Source: Gemmatimonadales bacterium (GTDB lineage: Bacteria > Gemmatimonadota > Gemmatimonadetes > Gemmatimonadales > GWC2-71-9). Taken from it: a DNA stretch of 64,000 nucleotides. Below the pieces are notes generated by a model that searched no databases, was not told the DNA's origin, and worked only from the letters and a program-made list of their open reading frames with translations. Position 1 is the stretch's first letter. The number at the start of each line of letters is the position of its first letter. The stretch spans positions 30,243-94,242 of the forward strand of contig DATJXC010000029.1 of NCBI GenBank assembly GCA_035500495.1, given 5' to 3'. The translations under genes and the position numbers were made by a program. Positions 9,216 to 19,177 of the stretch are shown in pieces.

Positions 9216-11486
9216 CTAACGGGTCCAGGTCAGAACGAGGGTCGCCGTTCGCCCGGGTTCGAGGATGCGGGGGGCCAGATTGTAGATGTAATTGAAGGTG
9301 TTCCCCAGTTTGAGGTGGATGCCCCAGGGTCCCTGGCCCCACGATGCGCGCAGGTCGACCGTCTGTTGACCGACTCTGGGGTCGGTTTCGTGCAGCTCGA
9401 CGCGCTCGAAGCGGCTGGAATAGCGGAAGTCCCCTCCGATGCCGAACCCGCGCCAGGTGTAATCCGCGCTGATGACGGCCAGGTGCTCGGGCCGGAACGG
9501 CAGCGGCTGGTGGATCGCCAGATCCTGGGTGTACAGGTACATGTACGACACGGTAGTGGTCAGGTGGGTGGTGAGGGGCAGGGCGGTCACAGCGACATCC
9601 ACCCCCGCGAGCCGAGCATTCTGAATGTTCTGGAACTGAATCTGGTTGGTGAGGAAACCGAGAACCGGCTCGATCGCATCTTTGGCTTCCGTCCAGAACC
9701 CCGCCACGTCCACCTGGAGTCGCCCGCTCGGGATGAACAGCCGTCCCGCCTCGAAGGACCAGGCGGTCTCGGAGGTGAGATCCGGATTGGGGATCACCCG
9801 GATCCCGTCGAAGTAGGTCGTCACGAACCGCTCGGCCAGGCTGGGGGCGCGGAAGGCGCGACCGGCGGAGGCCCGCCACGAACCCCGGTGATCGAGCAGG
9901 ACCAGCCCAACCCGGGGGCTCACGACGGAAGAGATCGCGCCCGCGTCCACCGAGATGAAATCCGCTCGCACGCCGATGGTCATCCGGAGTTTCCCGAACG
10001 CCTGCTCGCCTTCGGCATAGGCGGCGTATTCTCCTTGATTGTGCGTCCCCGTGGTCGCCGTCGTGGTGTCGCCGGAGAAGATGTTGCTCCAGTCGGTATC
10101 GAAGCTCCCCTCGACGCCGACGGTCACCGTGCGGTGCTCGTCGGGGTGCGCCACCACCCGTCCTTCGGCTCCGTACCCGGTAGAGATGGAAACGTCGGCG
10201 GAGGAGAACTTGGGATTCTGTATCGGGCGCAGTGGGTACTCATCGGTGAAGTGGGTTCGGAACGCGGACAGCCGCGCCAGCCACGAAAGCTGCTCCGAAG
10301 GCCGGCGATTGATCACGGCAGCCAGGATGCCCTTGTCGGACCGGGTGAAATTGCCCCGACTGGAGAGCGTGTCACCGTTGTCGACGATTCTGAACGGCTG
10401 ATAGTCCTGGCCCTGCATGTCATGGCATTGATCGAGCAGTGGCACCTTGGTCGAATCGCGTGCGCACCAGGGTTCGTACACATCGTACTGATCGCTGGCC
10501 CACGAGCCGGAGACATCGACGTGGGTCACGGGGTCAGGACGCCATTGCACCTTGCCGGCAGTCTGCCAGTGATTGGCGACGTCCTGCTCGCGGTAGCCGT
10601 CCGAGTGGCGTCCCCCTGCTGTGAGGGCGGCGCGCAGCGACGGCGTGCCGTAGGACGCCGAGGCATCGACCCCTTCCTGGTAACCGGTAAAGTCCCGGAA
10701 GGCCCAGACGTCGTGCGGAGGATTGGCGTAGTTGCCGCCGGTGGCCCGGACCCGCAGATGGAGCCCCTCGGCGAGATCACGGGTAATGAGGTTGACGACG
10801 CCCCCGAACGCCGAGGATCCGTACAGCGCCGAGCCCGCTCCCTTGGCGATCTCGACGTGATCGATCTCGTCCACCGGTAGGACGTCCCAGTTGATTCCCC
10901 CGCGGTCAGCCTGGTTCATCGGGACCCCATCCACCAGCAGCAACACCCGGCTGCCCAGGCCGTTCACGAAGCCCGAGGAGCCCCGGATGTTCACCTGGCC
11001 GTCGATCATCTGCACGGCGGGCGCATAGTTGACCGCTTCGTCCGGGGTGTTGATGGCCCGTTGACGCAACACCGTGTCGGACACGAGCGCGATCGTCGTC
11101 ATCGCTTCGGCCTGGGTCTGCGCGTGCTTGGTGCCGGTTACCTGAATCGCGCCGAGCTGGAAGGGCAGCGGCTGGAGGATGACGGTGAGTCGCACCGTGT
11201 CACCGGCCGCGAGCTGGATCGTCCGTTGATCGGGCCGGTAGCCGTAGAGTCGTACCGTGACGGTCGGCGATCCGGCGGGAACGTCTGTCAGGTGGAACCG
11301 CCCGGTGGCGTCGGAGGCCACCGTGGCTCGCGCGCCCGTCACCGTGATGAGCGCGTCGGCGATTGGCCGCCCGGCGCTGTCGGTGACGCTCCCCGATACG
11401 ACGCCCGTGCCCTGAGCGGCGAGGCCAAGGCTGAGCGCCATCAGCGCGGGGAGCAGCCGAGTGACGCGGCCGCGCCAGCTGCTCAT
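9216..11486 (-). CDS. TonB-dependent receptor with N-terminal carboxypeptidase-regulatory-like domain
   Basis: Signal peptide, then VVSGSVTDSAGRPIADALITV...TGRFHLTDVPAG (CarbopepD_reg-like). A plug region follows (TPDEAVNYAPAVQM..NIRGSSG), then a long beta-barrel-type sequence. Confidence 0.85.
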   Translation of the reverse strand: MSSWRGRVTRLLPALMALSLGLAAQGTGVVSGSVTDSAGRPIADALITVTGARATVASDATGRFHLTDVPAGSPTVTVRLYGYRPDQRTIQLAAGDTVRLTVILQPLPFQLGAIQVTGTKHAQTQAEAMTTIALVSDTVLRQRAINTPDEAVNYAPAVQMIDGQVNIRGSSGFVNGLGSRVLLLVDGVPMNQADRGGINWDVLPVDEIDHVEIAKGAGSALYGSSAFGGVVNLITRDLAEGLHLRVRATGGNYANPPHDVWAFRDFTGYQEGVDASASYGTPSLRAALTAGGRHSDGYREQDVANHWQTAGKVQWRPDPVTHVDVSGSWASDQYDVYEPWCARDSTKVPLLDQCHDMQGQDYQPFRIVDNGDTLSSRGNFTRSDKGILAAVINRRPSEQLSWLARLSAFRTHFTDEYPLRPIQNPKFSSADVSISTGYGAEGRVVAHPDEHRTVTVGVEGSFDTDWSNIFSGDTTTATTGTHNQGEYAAYAEGEQAFGKLRMTIGVRADFISVDAGAISSVVSPRVGLVLLDHRGSWRASAGRAFRAPSLAERFVTTYFDGIRVIPNPDLTSETAWSFEAGRLFIPSGRLQVDVAGFWTEAKDAIEPVLGFLTNQIQFQNIQNARLAGVDVAVTALPLTTHLTTTVSYMYLYTQDLAIHQPLPFRPEHLAVISADYTWRGFGIGGDFRYSSRFERVELHETDPRVGQQTVDLRASWGQGPWGIHLKLGNTFNYIYNLAPRILEPGRTATLVLTWTR

Positions 11487-11614
11487 GGCCGCAACGAGTG
11501 AGTCGAGTCCGCGCGCGCCGGGGTCGGCTGCAGCGACGCCGGGCGAGGCTGCAGTCCCTGATTGCAGGCGGCGAGCAATACGAGACCGACGAGCAGAACC
11601 AGACGTCGCGTCAT
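11483..11614 (-). CDS. small lipoprotein (43 aa) translationally coupled to the TonB receptor
   Basis: Within track ORF 11483..11689. MTRRLVLLVGLVLLAACNQ is a signal peptide plus lipobox. Its stop overlaps the receptor ATG by 4 nt. Confidence 0.45.
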   Translation of the reverse strand: MTRRLVLLVGLVLLAACNQGLQPRPASLQPTPARADSTHSLRP

Positions 11615-11687
11615 GCGGACCAATCTGAGCGCTGTGGGCGCCACGTCAACTTGACCGCTTCGGAGGGCCGGAATACGTTGATTTGCC

Positions 11688-11852
11688 ATGCCGATCTACG
11701 AGTATCGCTGCGCCAAGTGCGGCCACGAATTCAGCGAGACCATGCCCATCTCCGAGCACGGGTCGCGGCGTCCCACCTGCCCCAAGTGCGGGGCCCGCAA
11801 CGTCGAGCCCGAGTTCTCCGCGTTTTTTCCCAAGACGGTGCGGAAGAGCTGA
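11688..11852 (+). CDS. FmdB-family zinc-ribbon protein (54 aa)
   Basis: Below the track size cutoff; hand translation gives MPIYEYRCAKCGHEFSETMPISEHGSRRPTCPKCGARNVEPEFSAFFPKTVRKS. The MPIYEYxC..CG...CPxCG pattern is the FmdB/CxxC_CxxC_SSSS signature. Confidence 0.75.
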   Translation: MPIYEYRCAKCGHEFSETMPISEHGSRRPTCPKCGARNVEPEFSAFFPKTVRKS

Positions 11853-11858
11853 GCCGCC

Positions 11859-12428
11859 GTGTTCGAGCGCCTGCGTGACGCCTTGCGGGCCGCGCTCGCG
11901 GCCGCCACGCCGCCCGGGGATCTGCGCGACCTGACCCGCCAGATGCGGGAGGCGGTGATCGACGCCAAGGTGGCGGTTCAGGAGATCCGGGAGGCGGTGG
12001 CCCGGACCGAAGCGCGCCTGGCCGCCGAGCGGCAGGCGTTGGCCGATGCGGAGCGACGCAGCCGCCTCGCGGCCGAGATTCAGGATCAGGAAACGACGGA
12101 GGTCGCCCAGCGGTTCGCCGCCAAGCATCGGGAGCGGGTGGACGTTCTCGAGCACAAGCTGGCGGCGCAGCGGGAGGAGCAGGCGCTGGCCGAACGGGAC
12201 TTCGCCGAAATGCAGGCGCAGCTCGTCGCCGCGGAGCGGCAGCGCCCGGCCGCGACCGCGAACTCGAGTGCGGAGGCGGCGTGGCGCGACATCCAGGCGG
12301 CCGGAGGCGCCCGCCCCGGCGTGGACCTGCAGGATGAGCTGCTCAAGTCGGATCTGGATCGGACGGCGCGAGAGGCGACCGCCAACCGCCAGCTCGATGA
12401 GCTCAAGAAGAAGCTCAGGAAGGAGTAG
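11859..12428 (+). CDS. coiled-coil protein, PspA/IM30-like (tentative)
   Basis: 189 aa with a GTG start. It is strongly helical and charged (A/E/R/Q-rich heptad-like sequence). The N-terminus MFERLRDALRAAL resembles PspA-family openings. It starts 7 nt after the FmdB ORF. Confidence 0.45.
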   Translation: MFERLRDALRAALAAATPPGDLRDLTRQMREAVIDAKVAVQEIREAVARTEARLAAERQALADAERRSRLAAEIQDQETTEVAQRFAAKHRERVDVLEHKLAAQREEQALAERDFAEMQAQLVAAERQRPAATANSSAEAAWRDIQAAGGARPGVDLQDELLKSDLDRTAREATANRQLDELKKKLRKE

Positions 12429-12431
12429 GGG

Positions 12432-13439
12432 ATGCTCGCGCTGTTGGTCACGGTGCTGCTCCAGCACCCCCAGCCCACGGTCGCTCCGGGCGACTACGAG
12501 AAACGCGCCCACACCTACAGCATCGTCGCCTACGATTCGGCCACCGGAGACCTGGGCGTCGCCGTGCAGTCGAAATTTCCGAACGTCGGCGGGATCGTCC
12601 CGTGGGCCAAGGCCGGCGTGGGCGCGGTCGCGACGCAATCGCTCGGCAACACCGCCTATGGTGATGAAGGGCTCCGTTTGATGGGGCTCGGAGCCACGGC
12701 GCCCGAGGCGATGAGGATCGTGATGCGGAGCGACACGCGCGCGGCGCAACGCCAGGTAGGAATGGTCGACACCCACGGCAACGCCGCCAGCTGGACCGGC
12801 GATTCCTGCTTCGATTGGGCCGGCGGGCGCACCCTGGGCGCGGATGGGCAGATCACCATCGGCGGAAAGGGGGCGATGATCGTGGGCCACGGTTTCGCCG
12901 CGCAGGCGAACATCATGGTCTCCGACCAGACGGTGAAGAACATGGCCGACGCCTTTCAGCGCTCGACCGGCGCGCTGGCCGATCGCTTGATGGCGGCGCT
13001 GGTCGCGGGGCAGGCCGGGGGGGGCGACAAGCGCGGCATGGAGTCGGCGGCCCTGCTGGTGGTGCGCGCCAACGGCGGCTACCTCGGCGCCAACGACCGC
13101 TACATCGACATCCGCGTGTACGACGATACCAACCCGATTCACGAGCTGCAGCGGCTGTATCGGCTGCATCAGCTGTATTTCTTCCAGAGCCGCGCGGAAG
13201 ACTTGATCCCGATTACGCCCGACGTGGTCCGCCAGCTCGAGCCGATTCTCCTGTCGGAACCCACCAGCCAGAAGGAGAAGTGGCTGGACGCCCCGCAGGG
13301 ATCGGCCACGCCGAAGTTCTTGCAGGCGCTCGAGAACTTCATGTACTGGGAGAATTACGACGTCCGCGTCCGCAACGACGGGAAGATCGATCGGGTCGTG
13401 TTGGACGACATCCTCGCCCGGCGGCATGGCCGCCGGTAG
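12432..13439 (+). CDS. DUF1028 family Ntn-hydrolase-fold protein
   Basis: HTYSIVAYDSATGDLGVAVQSKF is the characteristic DUF1028 N-terminal nucleophile region. The C-terminal FLQALENFMYWENY segment resembles the peptidoglycan-binding-like tail seen in this family. Confidence 0.7.
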   Translation: MLALLVTVLLQHPQPTVAPGDYEKRAHTYSIVAYDSATGDLGVAVQSKFPNVGGIVPWAKAGVGAVATQSLGNTAYGDEGLRLMGLGATAPEAMRIVMRSDTRAAQRQVGMVDTHGNAASWTGDSCFDWAGGRTLGADGQITIGGKGAMIVGHGFAAQANIMVSDQTVKNMADAFQRSTGALADRLMAALVAGQAGGGDKRGMESAALLVVRANGGYLGANDRYIDIRVYDDTNPIHELQRLYRLHQLYFFQSRAEDLIPITPDVVRQLEPILLSEPTSQKEKWLDAPQGSATPKFLQALENFMYWENYDVRVRNDGKIDRVVLDDILARRHGRR

Positions 13440-13471
13440 CGCCCTCCTTCCCCACCTCCATCCAGGACCTC

Positions 13472-14803
13472 ATGACCGTCGCGTCCACGACCACCCGGGA
13501 CACGTCAGGCTGGGCCGGACATCCGCGTGGGATTTCGACCCTGTTCTTCACGGAGATGTGGGAACGGTTCAGTTACTACGGGATGCGGGGGTTCCTCATC
13601 CTCTACATGACCGCCTCGGCGGCGAACGGCGGACTCGGGTTCGATGATCGACGGGCGGCCACCGTGTACGGGAATTACGTGGGGGCCGTGTGGCTGACGC
13701 CGATCCTGGGCGGTCTGATCGCGGACCGTCTGCTCGGCCAATACCGCAGCGTGCTGGTGGGGGGGATCATCATCGCCCTGGGGCACTTCACCCTCGCATT
13801 CAAGTCCCTCCCGTCTTTCTATCTCGGACTGACCCTGATCGTCATCGGGACCGGCCTCTTGAAACCGAATGTGAGCACCCTGGTCGGCTCGTTATACGAG
13901 AAGGGCGACGAGCGGCGCGACGCGGGGTTTACCGTCTTTTACATGGGGATCAACCTCGGCGCGTTCATCGGGCCTCTGATCGCGGGGTGGTTGGCGCAAA
14001 AGGTCGACTGGCACATGGGCTTCGCGGCCGCGGGCGTCGGAATGACCCTCGGCCTAGTGCAGTACGTGATGGGAAGAAGGCGCCTGGAGCCGGCGCGGGA
14101 GCGCCTGGCGGCGCGACCCAAGCCGGCGGCAGCCGAGGCCGCGGCCGGCCGCCCGCGCTACACCCCGGACGAGGTGCAGCGCATCGCGGTCATTTTCATC
14201 CTGTTCATCTTCGCCTCCATCTTCTGGGGTGCCTATGAACAGGCCGGGTCTACCCTCAACCTCTTTGGTGATCGGTACACCAACAACGTGGTCCTGGGGT
14301 TCGCATTCCCGTCGTCCTGGTACGTGTCCGTGCAGGCCGGCTTCGTCATCCTGCTGGCGCCGGCATTCGCCTGGTTGTGGATCAAGCTCGGACCCCGCCA
14401 ACCCTCCGTCCCGACCAAGTTCGCCTTCGCGCTGCTGTGCGCCGGCATTGCGTTCCTCCTGCTCGTGCCGGCGGGTGCGATCGCGCAAAGTGGAATGAGG
14501 GTCAGCCCCCTGTGGCTGGTGGGCACCTACTTCATCGAGGAATGGGGCGAGTTGAGTCTCAGTCCCGTCGGTCTGTCGGCCGTAACGAAGCTCTCCCCTC
14601 CGCGTATCGTCAGCCTCATGATGGGTGTGTTCTTTCTGGCCAATTCCCTCGGAAACAAATTGGCGGGATGGACGGCGGGGTTCATCAGCGCGATGCCGTT
14701 GACTCAGCTGTTCGGAACGATCGCCGCGGTGTGTCTCGTGGCGTCACTGATCATGTTCGTGCTCATCCGCCCAGTCCGGCGGATGATGGGCGACGTGCGC
14801 TGA
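13472..14803 (+). CDS. proton-dependent oligopeptide transporter (POT/PTR2, DtpT-like)
   Basis: In frame within track ORF 12815..14803. I take the start MTVASTTT at 13472. FFTEMWERFSYYGMRGFLILYM and GGLIADRLLG are the POT signature motifs. Multiple TM helices. Confidence 0.85.
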   Translation: MTVASTTTRDTSGWAGHPRGISTLFFTEMWERFSYYGMRGFLILYMTASAANGGLGFDDRRAATVYGNYVGAVWLTPILGGLIADRLLGQYRSVLVGGIIIALGHFTLAFKSLPSFYLGLTLIVIGTGLLKPNVSTLVGSLYEKGDERRDAGFTVFYMGINLGAFIGPLIAGWLAQKVDWHMGFAAAGVGMTLGLVQYVMGRRRLEPARERLAARPKPAAAEAAAGRPRYTPDEVQRIAVIFILFIFASIFWGAYEQAGSTLNLFGDRYTNNVVLGFAFPSSWYVSVQAGFVILLAPAFAWLWIKLGPRQPSVPTKFAFALLCAGIAFLLLVPAGAIAQSGMRVSPLWLVGTYFIEEWGELSLSPVGLSAVTKLSPPRIVSLMMGVFFLANSLGNKLAGWTAGFISAMPLTQLFGTIAAVCLVASLIMFVLIRPVRRMMGDVR

Positions 14804-14818
14804 CAGGAGGTAGCCGAC

Positions 14819-15364
14819 ATGCTGCGTAAGCTCGGAGCCGTGGTACTCGCTGTCGGGCTATGCCTGCCCTATGGATGCGACGTGCGACCGATCACCGGTG
14901 TGTGGTCCGGGATCTCCATGATCGCGTTCCTCGGCATCCCGGTCCTCCTCGGCGTCGTGTATGTCCTGCTGGTGCTGGTCCCTCCCGTGGCCGAGGCGCT
15001 CGAGCAGCGCGGGCAGGGAATCCATGGCCTGTTGCGGCTCTGCTATTTCGTCCTCGCTGGTGCCTACCTGGCCATGGCCATCACCAAAAGCGACAACTGG
15101 CCAGGGCCGATCGACGTCGCGGTGATGCTGGTCGTCACCGGAGCCCTCTTCTATTGGGAGCAGGGTCGGGGGACCAAAGCGGCGCGGGTGCCGCTGCTCC
15201 TGCTCATGTGCCTCGGCGTGCCCGAGGTCGCCTATCTCACGGGATTCCTGCGGGAGGGGGGGTTGCAGTACGGGGGCATCGTCCTGACGGCAGGGTGGTT
15301 GGTGGCCCTGCTCGCGGAAACCCGGGTTCTGGCCGGCGCGCCACGAATCGCGCACGGAGGCTGA
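14819..15364 (+). CDS. integral membrane protein, unknown function
   Basis: 181 aa with about 5 hydrophobic helices. A strong AGGAGG lies 6 nt upstream of the ATG. Confidence 0.6.
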   Translation: MLRKLGAVVLAVGLCLPYGCDVRPITGVWSGISMIAFLGIPVLLGVVYVLLVLVPPVAEALEQRGQGIHGLLRLCYFVLAGAYLAMAITKSDNWPGPIDVAVMLVVTGALFYWEQGRGTKAARVPLLLLMCLGVPEVAYLTGFLREGGLQYGGIVLTAGWLVALLAETRVLAGAPRIAHGG

Positions 15365-15382
15365 GCCAGGGTGTGACCGGCG

Positions 15383-16204
15383 TCATCGAGTCATCGCTTG
15401 GATCAATTCGGCCCCATTGCTCGGCCGTTCCGCCGGCTGCTTGGCAAGCGCCTGCATGACCGCCCGTTCCAGGGCGGTCGGCACGTCAGGTCGCACTACG
15501 CGCAACGAAGGCGGCGAGCCGGCGATGTGCCGTGCGAGGATCGCTTGCACGGTCGCGCCGTGGAACGGGGGCTCACCCGCGAGCATTTCGTAGATCATGC
15601 ACCCCAGCGAGTAGATGTCGCTCCGCCCGTCCAGCTCCTCGACCTGGCCCGCCTGCTCGGGGCTCATGTAGTGCGGAGTGCCGGGGATGAGGCCGCTGGA
15701 GGAGAGGCTTTCCCCGCCGGCGCGGATGATCGCCCGCGCGATCCCGAAGTCCGAGACCGCCGGGCGGTCATCGCGGAACAGGATGTTGTCCGGCTTGATG
15801 TCGCGGTGGATGATGTTGTGAGCGTGGGCGTAATCGAGCGCCGCGGCGACCCCTGCCGTAATGGACAGGACGTCGGCGAGCGGGAGCCGCGGTTCCCGGA
15901 CCAGGCGATCCCGCAGCGATGCGCCTTCGGCGTAGGGCATGACGTAGAAGGGCAGCGCGCCGGCCTGTCCCGATTCGATCAGCGGCAGGATGTTGGGGTG
16001 GTCCAGGGTGCCCAGCACCGCGGCTTCGCGATGGAACCGCTCCGCCCCGACGACGCGGGCGAACTCGGGTCGCAGGAGCTTGATCGCCACCTGCATCCCT
16101 GAATCCACTCGCCGCGCGAGGTGCACGGTGGCCATCCCCCCGCGGGCGATTTCGCGCTCTACCGTGTAGCGCCCCGCGACCGCGGCTTGCAGCCCTGCGT
16201 CCAT
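15383..16204 (-). CDS. Ser/Thr protein kinase, catalytic domain only
   Basis: G-loop IARGGMATV, VAIK lysine, HRDIKPDN, DFGIA and GTPHYMSPEQ. At 273 aa it has no extra domain. GAGGAG lies 4 nt upstream of the ATG, which is 29 nt after the ABC ATPase stop. Confidence 0.85.
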   Translation of the reverse strand: MDAGLQAAVAGRYTVEREIARGGMATVHLARRVDSGMQVAIKLLRPEFARVVGAERFHREAAVLGTLDHPNILPLIESGQAGALPFYVMPYAEGASLRDRLVREPRLPLADVLSITAGVAAALDYAHAHNIIHRDIKPDNILFRDDRPAVSDFGIARAIIRAGGESLSSSGLIPGTPHYMSPEQAGQVEELDGRSDIYSLGCMIYEMLAGEPPFHGATVQAILARHIAGSPPSLRVVRPDVPTALERAVMQALAKQPAERPSNGAELIQAMTR

Positions 16205-16233
16205 GTACTCCTCTTCTCACGACCCTTGCCGCT

Positions 16234-17235
16234 TCAGCTCATCGGCGCCTCGGCAAAATGACACGCGGCGACGTGCCCCCCCCCGGGGTCCACCTCCCGG
16301 AGCTCGGGCCGCTCCGTGCGACACCGCTCGTTCTTCTGCGGATGCGGGCACCGCGGATGAAACGGGCACCCCGTCGGAGGGTGGGCCGGCGACGGGACGT
16401 CGCCTTGCAATACGATTCGCTGCGGCTGCGCCGCGGGATCGGGGACCGGCGCGGCCGAGAGCAGGGCCCGTGTGTAGGGGTGCCGAGGAAGCCGGTACAC
16501 CGCCTCGGCAGGCGCGTGCTCCACGATGCGCCCGAAGTACATCACCGCGACCTCGTCCGCGATATGGCGCACGACCGCGAGGTCGTGGGCGATGAACAGG
16601 TAGGTGAGCCGGCGGCGTTGCTGCAGGTCGGCGAGCAGGTTGAGGACTTGGGCTTGCACCGACACGTCGAGGGCCGACACCGGCTCGTCACACACGAGAA
16701 ACGCCGGCTCCACCGAAAGCGCGCGCGCGATCCCGACCCGCTGGCGCTGGCCGCCGGAAAGCTCGTGCGGATACGACGCGGCCAGGGCTGGGTCCAGGCC
16801 GACCTCCTCCAGCAGTCCGCGGACCCGGGCTTCGCGCCCGGGGCCGGCGGCGAGCCGGTGGATCTCGAGCGGCTCCCGCAGCGTCTGCCGGACGCTCATC
16901 CGCGGATTCAGCGAGCCGTAGGGATCCTGGAACACGATCTGCATGCGGCGGCGCAGGCGGCGCAGCGGTTCGGGGTCAAGGCGGAACACATCCTCATTCT
17001 CCAGGAGGAACCGCCCGGCGGTAGGCTCCGTGAGCCGCAACAACGTGCGGGCGACGGTGCTCTTCCCCGATCCCGATTCGCCGACGAGGCCGAGTGTCTT
17101 GCCGGCCGCAATGCGGAACGAGACGCCGTCCACGGCCCGGACGAGGTGTCTGGGCGCCCCCAGCCCCCACCATTTCCGGTCGCCTGGATAGTGCTTGACG
17201 AGTCCTTCGACCTGGACGAGGGCCGGCTCGGTCAT
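16234..17235 (-). CDS. peptide ABC transporter ATP-binding protein (DppF/OppF-like)
   Basis: The track ORF is over-extended to 18102. I take the start [12 protein letters not shown] at 17235 (ATGA overlap). Walker [10 protein letters not shown], signature LSGGQRQR, Walker [13 protein letters not shown], and a C-terminal oligopeptide-ABC Cys-rich tail. Confidence 0.9.
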   Translation of the reverse strand: MTEPALVQVEGLVKHYPGDRKWWGLGAPRHLVRAVDGVSFRIAAGKTLGLVGESGSGKSTVARTLLRLTEPTAGRFLLENEDVFRLDPEPLRRLRRRMQIVFQDPYGSLNPRMSVRQTLREPLEIHRLAAGPGREARVRGLLEEVGLDPALAASYPHELSGGQRQRVGIARALSVEPAFLVCDEPVSALDVSVQAQVLNLLADLQQRRRLTYLFIAHDLAVVRHIADEVAVMYFGRIVEHAPAEAVYRLPRHPYTRALLSAAPVPDPAAQPQRIVLQGDVPSPAHPPTGCPFHPRCPHPQKNERCRTERPELREVDPGGGHVAACHFAEAPMS

Positions 17236-18239
17236 GGTGCCGCCGCTCCGCGGCGGCGGGCGGGCTCGACCACGAGCCAGCACCGAGCCGTGTGGCCCGG
17301 CCCGACCTCGAACAGCGTTGGCTCTTCCTGGCGACACCGATCCCAGGCGTGGGGACAGCGGGGGTGGAACCGGCACCCCGACGGCCACGCGGAAGCGGCC
17401 GGCACGGTTCCGGGGATGCCGCTCAGCCGCTCGCGCGGACGATCGAGGCGGGGGACCGAGGCGAGCAGGCCCTCCGTGTAGGGATGCACGGGATGCGCGA
17501 ACAGGTCGGGGGTGCTGGCGCCCTCCACTACCTCGCCGGCATACATCACCAGGACGCGGTCCGCGGTGCCCGCCACGACGCCGAGGTCGTGCGTGATCAG
17601 CATGATCGCCATCCCCAGCTCTCGCTGCAGCCGATCGAGCAGCTCGAGGATCTGCGCCTGGATCGTGACGTCGAGGGCGGTCGTCGGTTCGTCGGCGATC
17701 AACACCTGGGGATGGCACACCAACGCCATGGCGATCATCACGCGCTGCCGCATCCCGCCGGACAGCTGATGCGGGTAGTCGTCGACCCGGAGCTCCGGAT
17801 CGGGGATGCCCACGAGCTGCAGCATTTCCATCGCGCGCGCGCGGGCGGCCCGTCGCGACAGCCCCTGGTGCACGATCGCTCCCTCGGCGATCTGGTCCCC
17901 CACGGTGAGCACGGGGTTCAAGGACGACATCGGCTCCTGGAAGATCATCGCGAGCCGATTGCCGCGGACGGCACGCAGATCGCGTGGTGCCAGGGTGAGC
18001 AAGTTGCGCCCCTCGAGCTCGATCAGGCTCCCGGGCCGGATGTGGCCCGGCGGCTCGGGGATGAGCCGCAGCAGGGACAGGGAGGTAATCGTCTTGCCGC
18101 AACCCGACTCGCCCACGAGGCCGAGGGTTTCGCCGGGGTACAGATCGAAGGAAACGCCGTCCACGGCGCGCGCCGTGCCGCCGCCCTCGGTCACGAAGTA
18201 GGTCTTCAGATCGCGGACGCGGAGCACCGGCTCCGTCAT
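17232..18239 (-). CDS. peptide ABC transporter ATP-binding protein (DppD/OppD-like)
   Basis: The track ORF is over-extended to 18917. I take the start [11 protein letters not shown] at 18239 (ATGA overlap). Walker A GESGCGKT, signature LSGGMRQR, Walker [12 protein letters not shown]. Confidence 0.9.
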   Translation of the reverse strand: MTEPVLRVRDLKTYFVTEGGGTARAVDGVSFDLYPGETLGLVGESGCGKTITSLSLLRLIPEPPGHIRPGSLIELEGRNLLTLAPRDLRAVRGNRLAMIFQEPMSSLNPVLTVGDQIAEGAIVHQGLSRRAARARAMEMLQLVGIPDPELRVDDYPHQLSGGMRQRVMIAMALVCHPQVLIADEPTTALDVTIQAQILELLDRLQRELGMAIMLITHDLGVVAGTADRVLVMYAGEVVEGASTPDLFAHPVHPYTEGLLASVPRLDRPRERLSGIPGTVPAASAWPSGCRFHPRCPHAWDRCRQEEPTLFEVGPGHTARCWLVVEPARRRGAAAP

Positions 18240-19177
18240 GGTGTCTCCTGGCGCGGGTCGAGGGCGTCGCGCAGCGCGTCGGCGACGGTATTCAGGGCCA
18301 TGACGACGAGGACGATCGCGAGCCCCGGGAATATCGTGGTCCACGGCGCGGTGGCGAGCTGATCCCGTCCCTCGGCGATCATGTTCCCCCAGGACGGCGT
18401 CGGAGGCTGGACGCCGACACCGAGGAACGACAAGGCGGCTTCGAGCAGCATCACCTGGGCGATGCCCAAGGCCATGGAGACGATGAGCGGCGCGGCGACA
18501 TTCGGCAGAACGTGGCGAAAGATAACGCGCCAGGCGCCGCCGCCTAGCGCGCGGGCCGAGGCCACGAAATCGCGCTCGCGGATGCTCAGGACCTCGGCCC
18601 GCACGAGGCGACTCGTCGCGAACCAGCTCGTCAACCCGAGCATCAGGACGAGGGTCGCGAGCGGCAGGTGCGTGGTGAGGGCGGCGGCGACGAGGAGAAT
18701 GAAAATGCGGGGAATCGCGAGGCCCACGTCGACCAGCCGCATCAGCACCGCGTCGGTCCAACGCCGGAAGTACCCTGCGGCCGCGCCGACCAGCGCGCCC
18801 AGCGTCGCCGCCAGCAGCATCGCCAGCGTGCCGACGGAGAGCGAGACGCGGGCGCCGTACGCGATCCGACTCCAGGTGTCCCGGCTGTACAGATCGGTGC
18901 CGAGCGGATGCCCCCACGACGGGGGGGCGTTCTGCAGCCGCACGATGTCCAATTGCAACGAAGGGCGATAGGGGGTCAGCAGGGGGGCGACGAGCGCGAC
19001 GGTGGCGAAGAACACCAGGATGCCGACGGCGATGAGCGTCCCCCGCGCACGGACAAAGCGCCGTCCCGGCCCCCGGTGGTCGGCTCCGCGTCGCTCGAAT
19101 CGCTGCCGCAGCACCAGGGCGGCGAGGGCGGACCAGGCGATCACCGCCAGCACGGCGAACCAGCGCGCGCCGCTCAC
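18236..19177 (-). CDS. peptide ABC transporter permease (DppC/OppC-like)
   Basis: 313 aa, multi-TM, with an EAA-type loop ([21 protein letters not shown]). It overlaps both neighbours by 4 nt. Confidence 0.85.
   Translation of the reverse strand: MSGARWFAVLAVIAWSALAALVLRQRFERRGADHRGPGRRFVRARGTLIAVGILVFFATVALVAPLLTPYRPSLQLDIVRLQNAPPSWGHPLGTDLYSRDTWSRIAYGARVSLSVGTLAMLLAATLGALVGAAAGYFRRWTDAVLMRLVDVGLAIPRIFILLVAAALTTHLPLATLVLMLGLTSWFATSRLVRAEVLSIRERDFVASARALGGGAWRVIFRHVLPNVAAPLIVSMALGIAQVMLLEAALSFLGVGVQPPTPSWGNMIAEGRDQLATAPWTTIFPGLAIVLVVMALNTVADALRDALDPRQETP

Noticed and set aside
11646-13427. 593-aa minus-strand ORF opposite the coiled-coil and DUF1028 genes
   Set aside because: It crosses two well-supported plus-strand genes and an intergenic gap and has shadow-type composition and no recognisable domain.
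17236-18917. Long 5' extensions of the two ABC ATPase ORFs (track ORFs 16234..18102 and 17232..18917)
   Set aside because: The extensions overlap the upstream genes out of frame and are Arg/Pro/Gly-rich. Both proteins have canonical MTEP... starts with ATGA coupling at 17235 and 18239.
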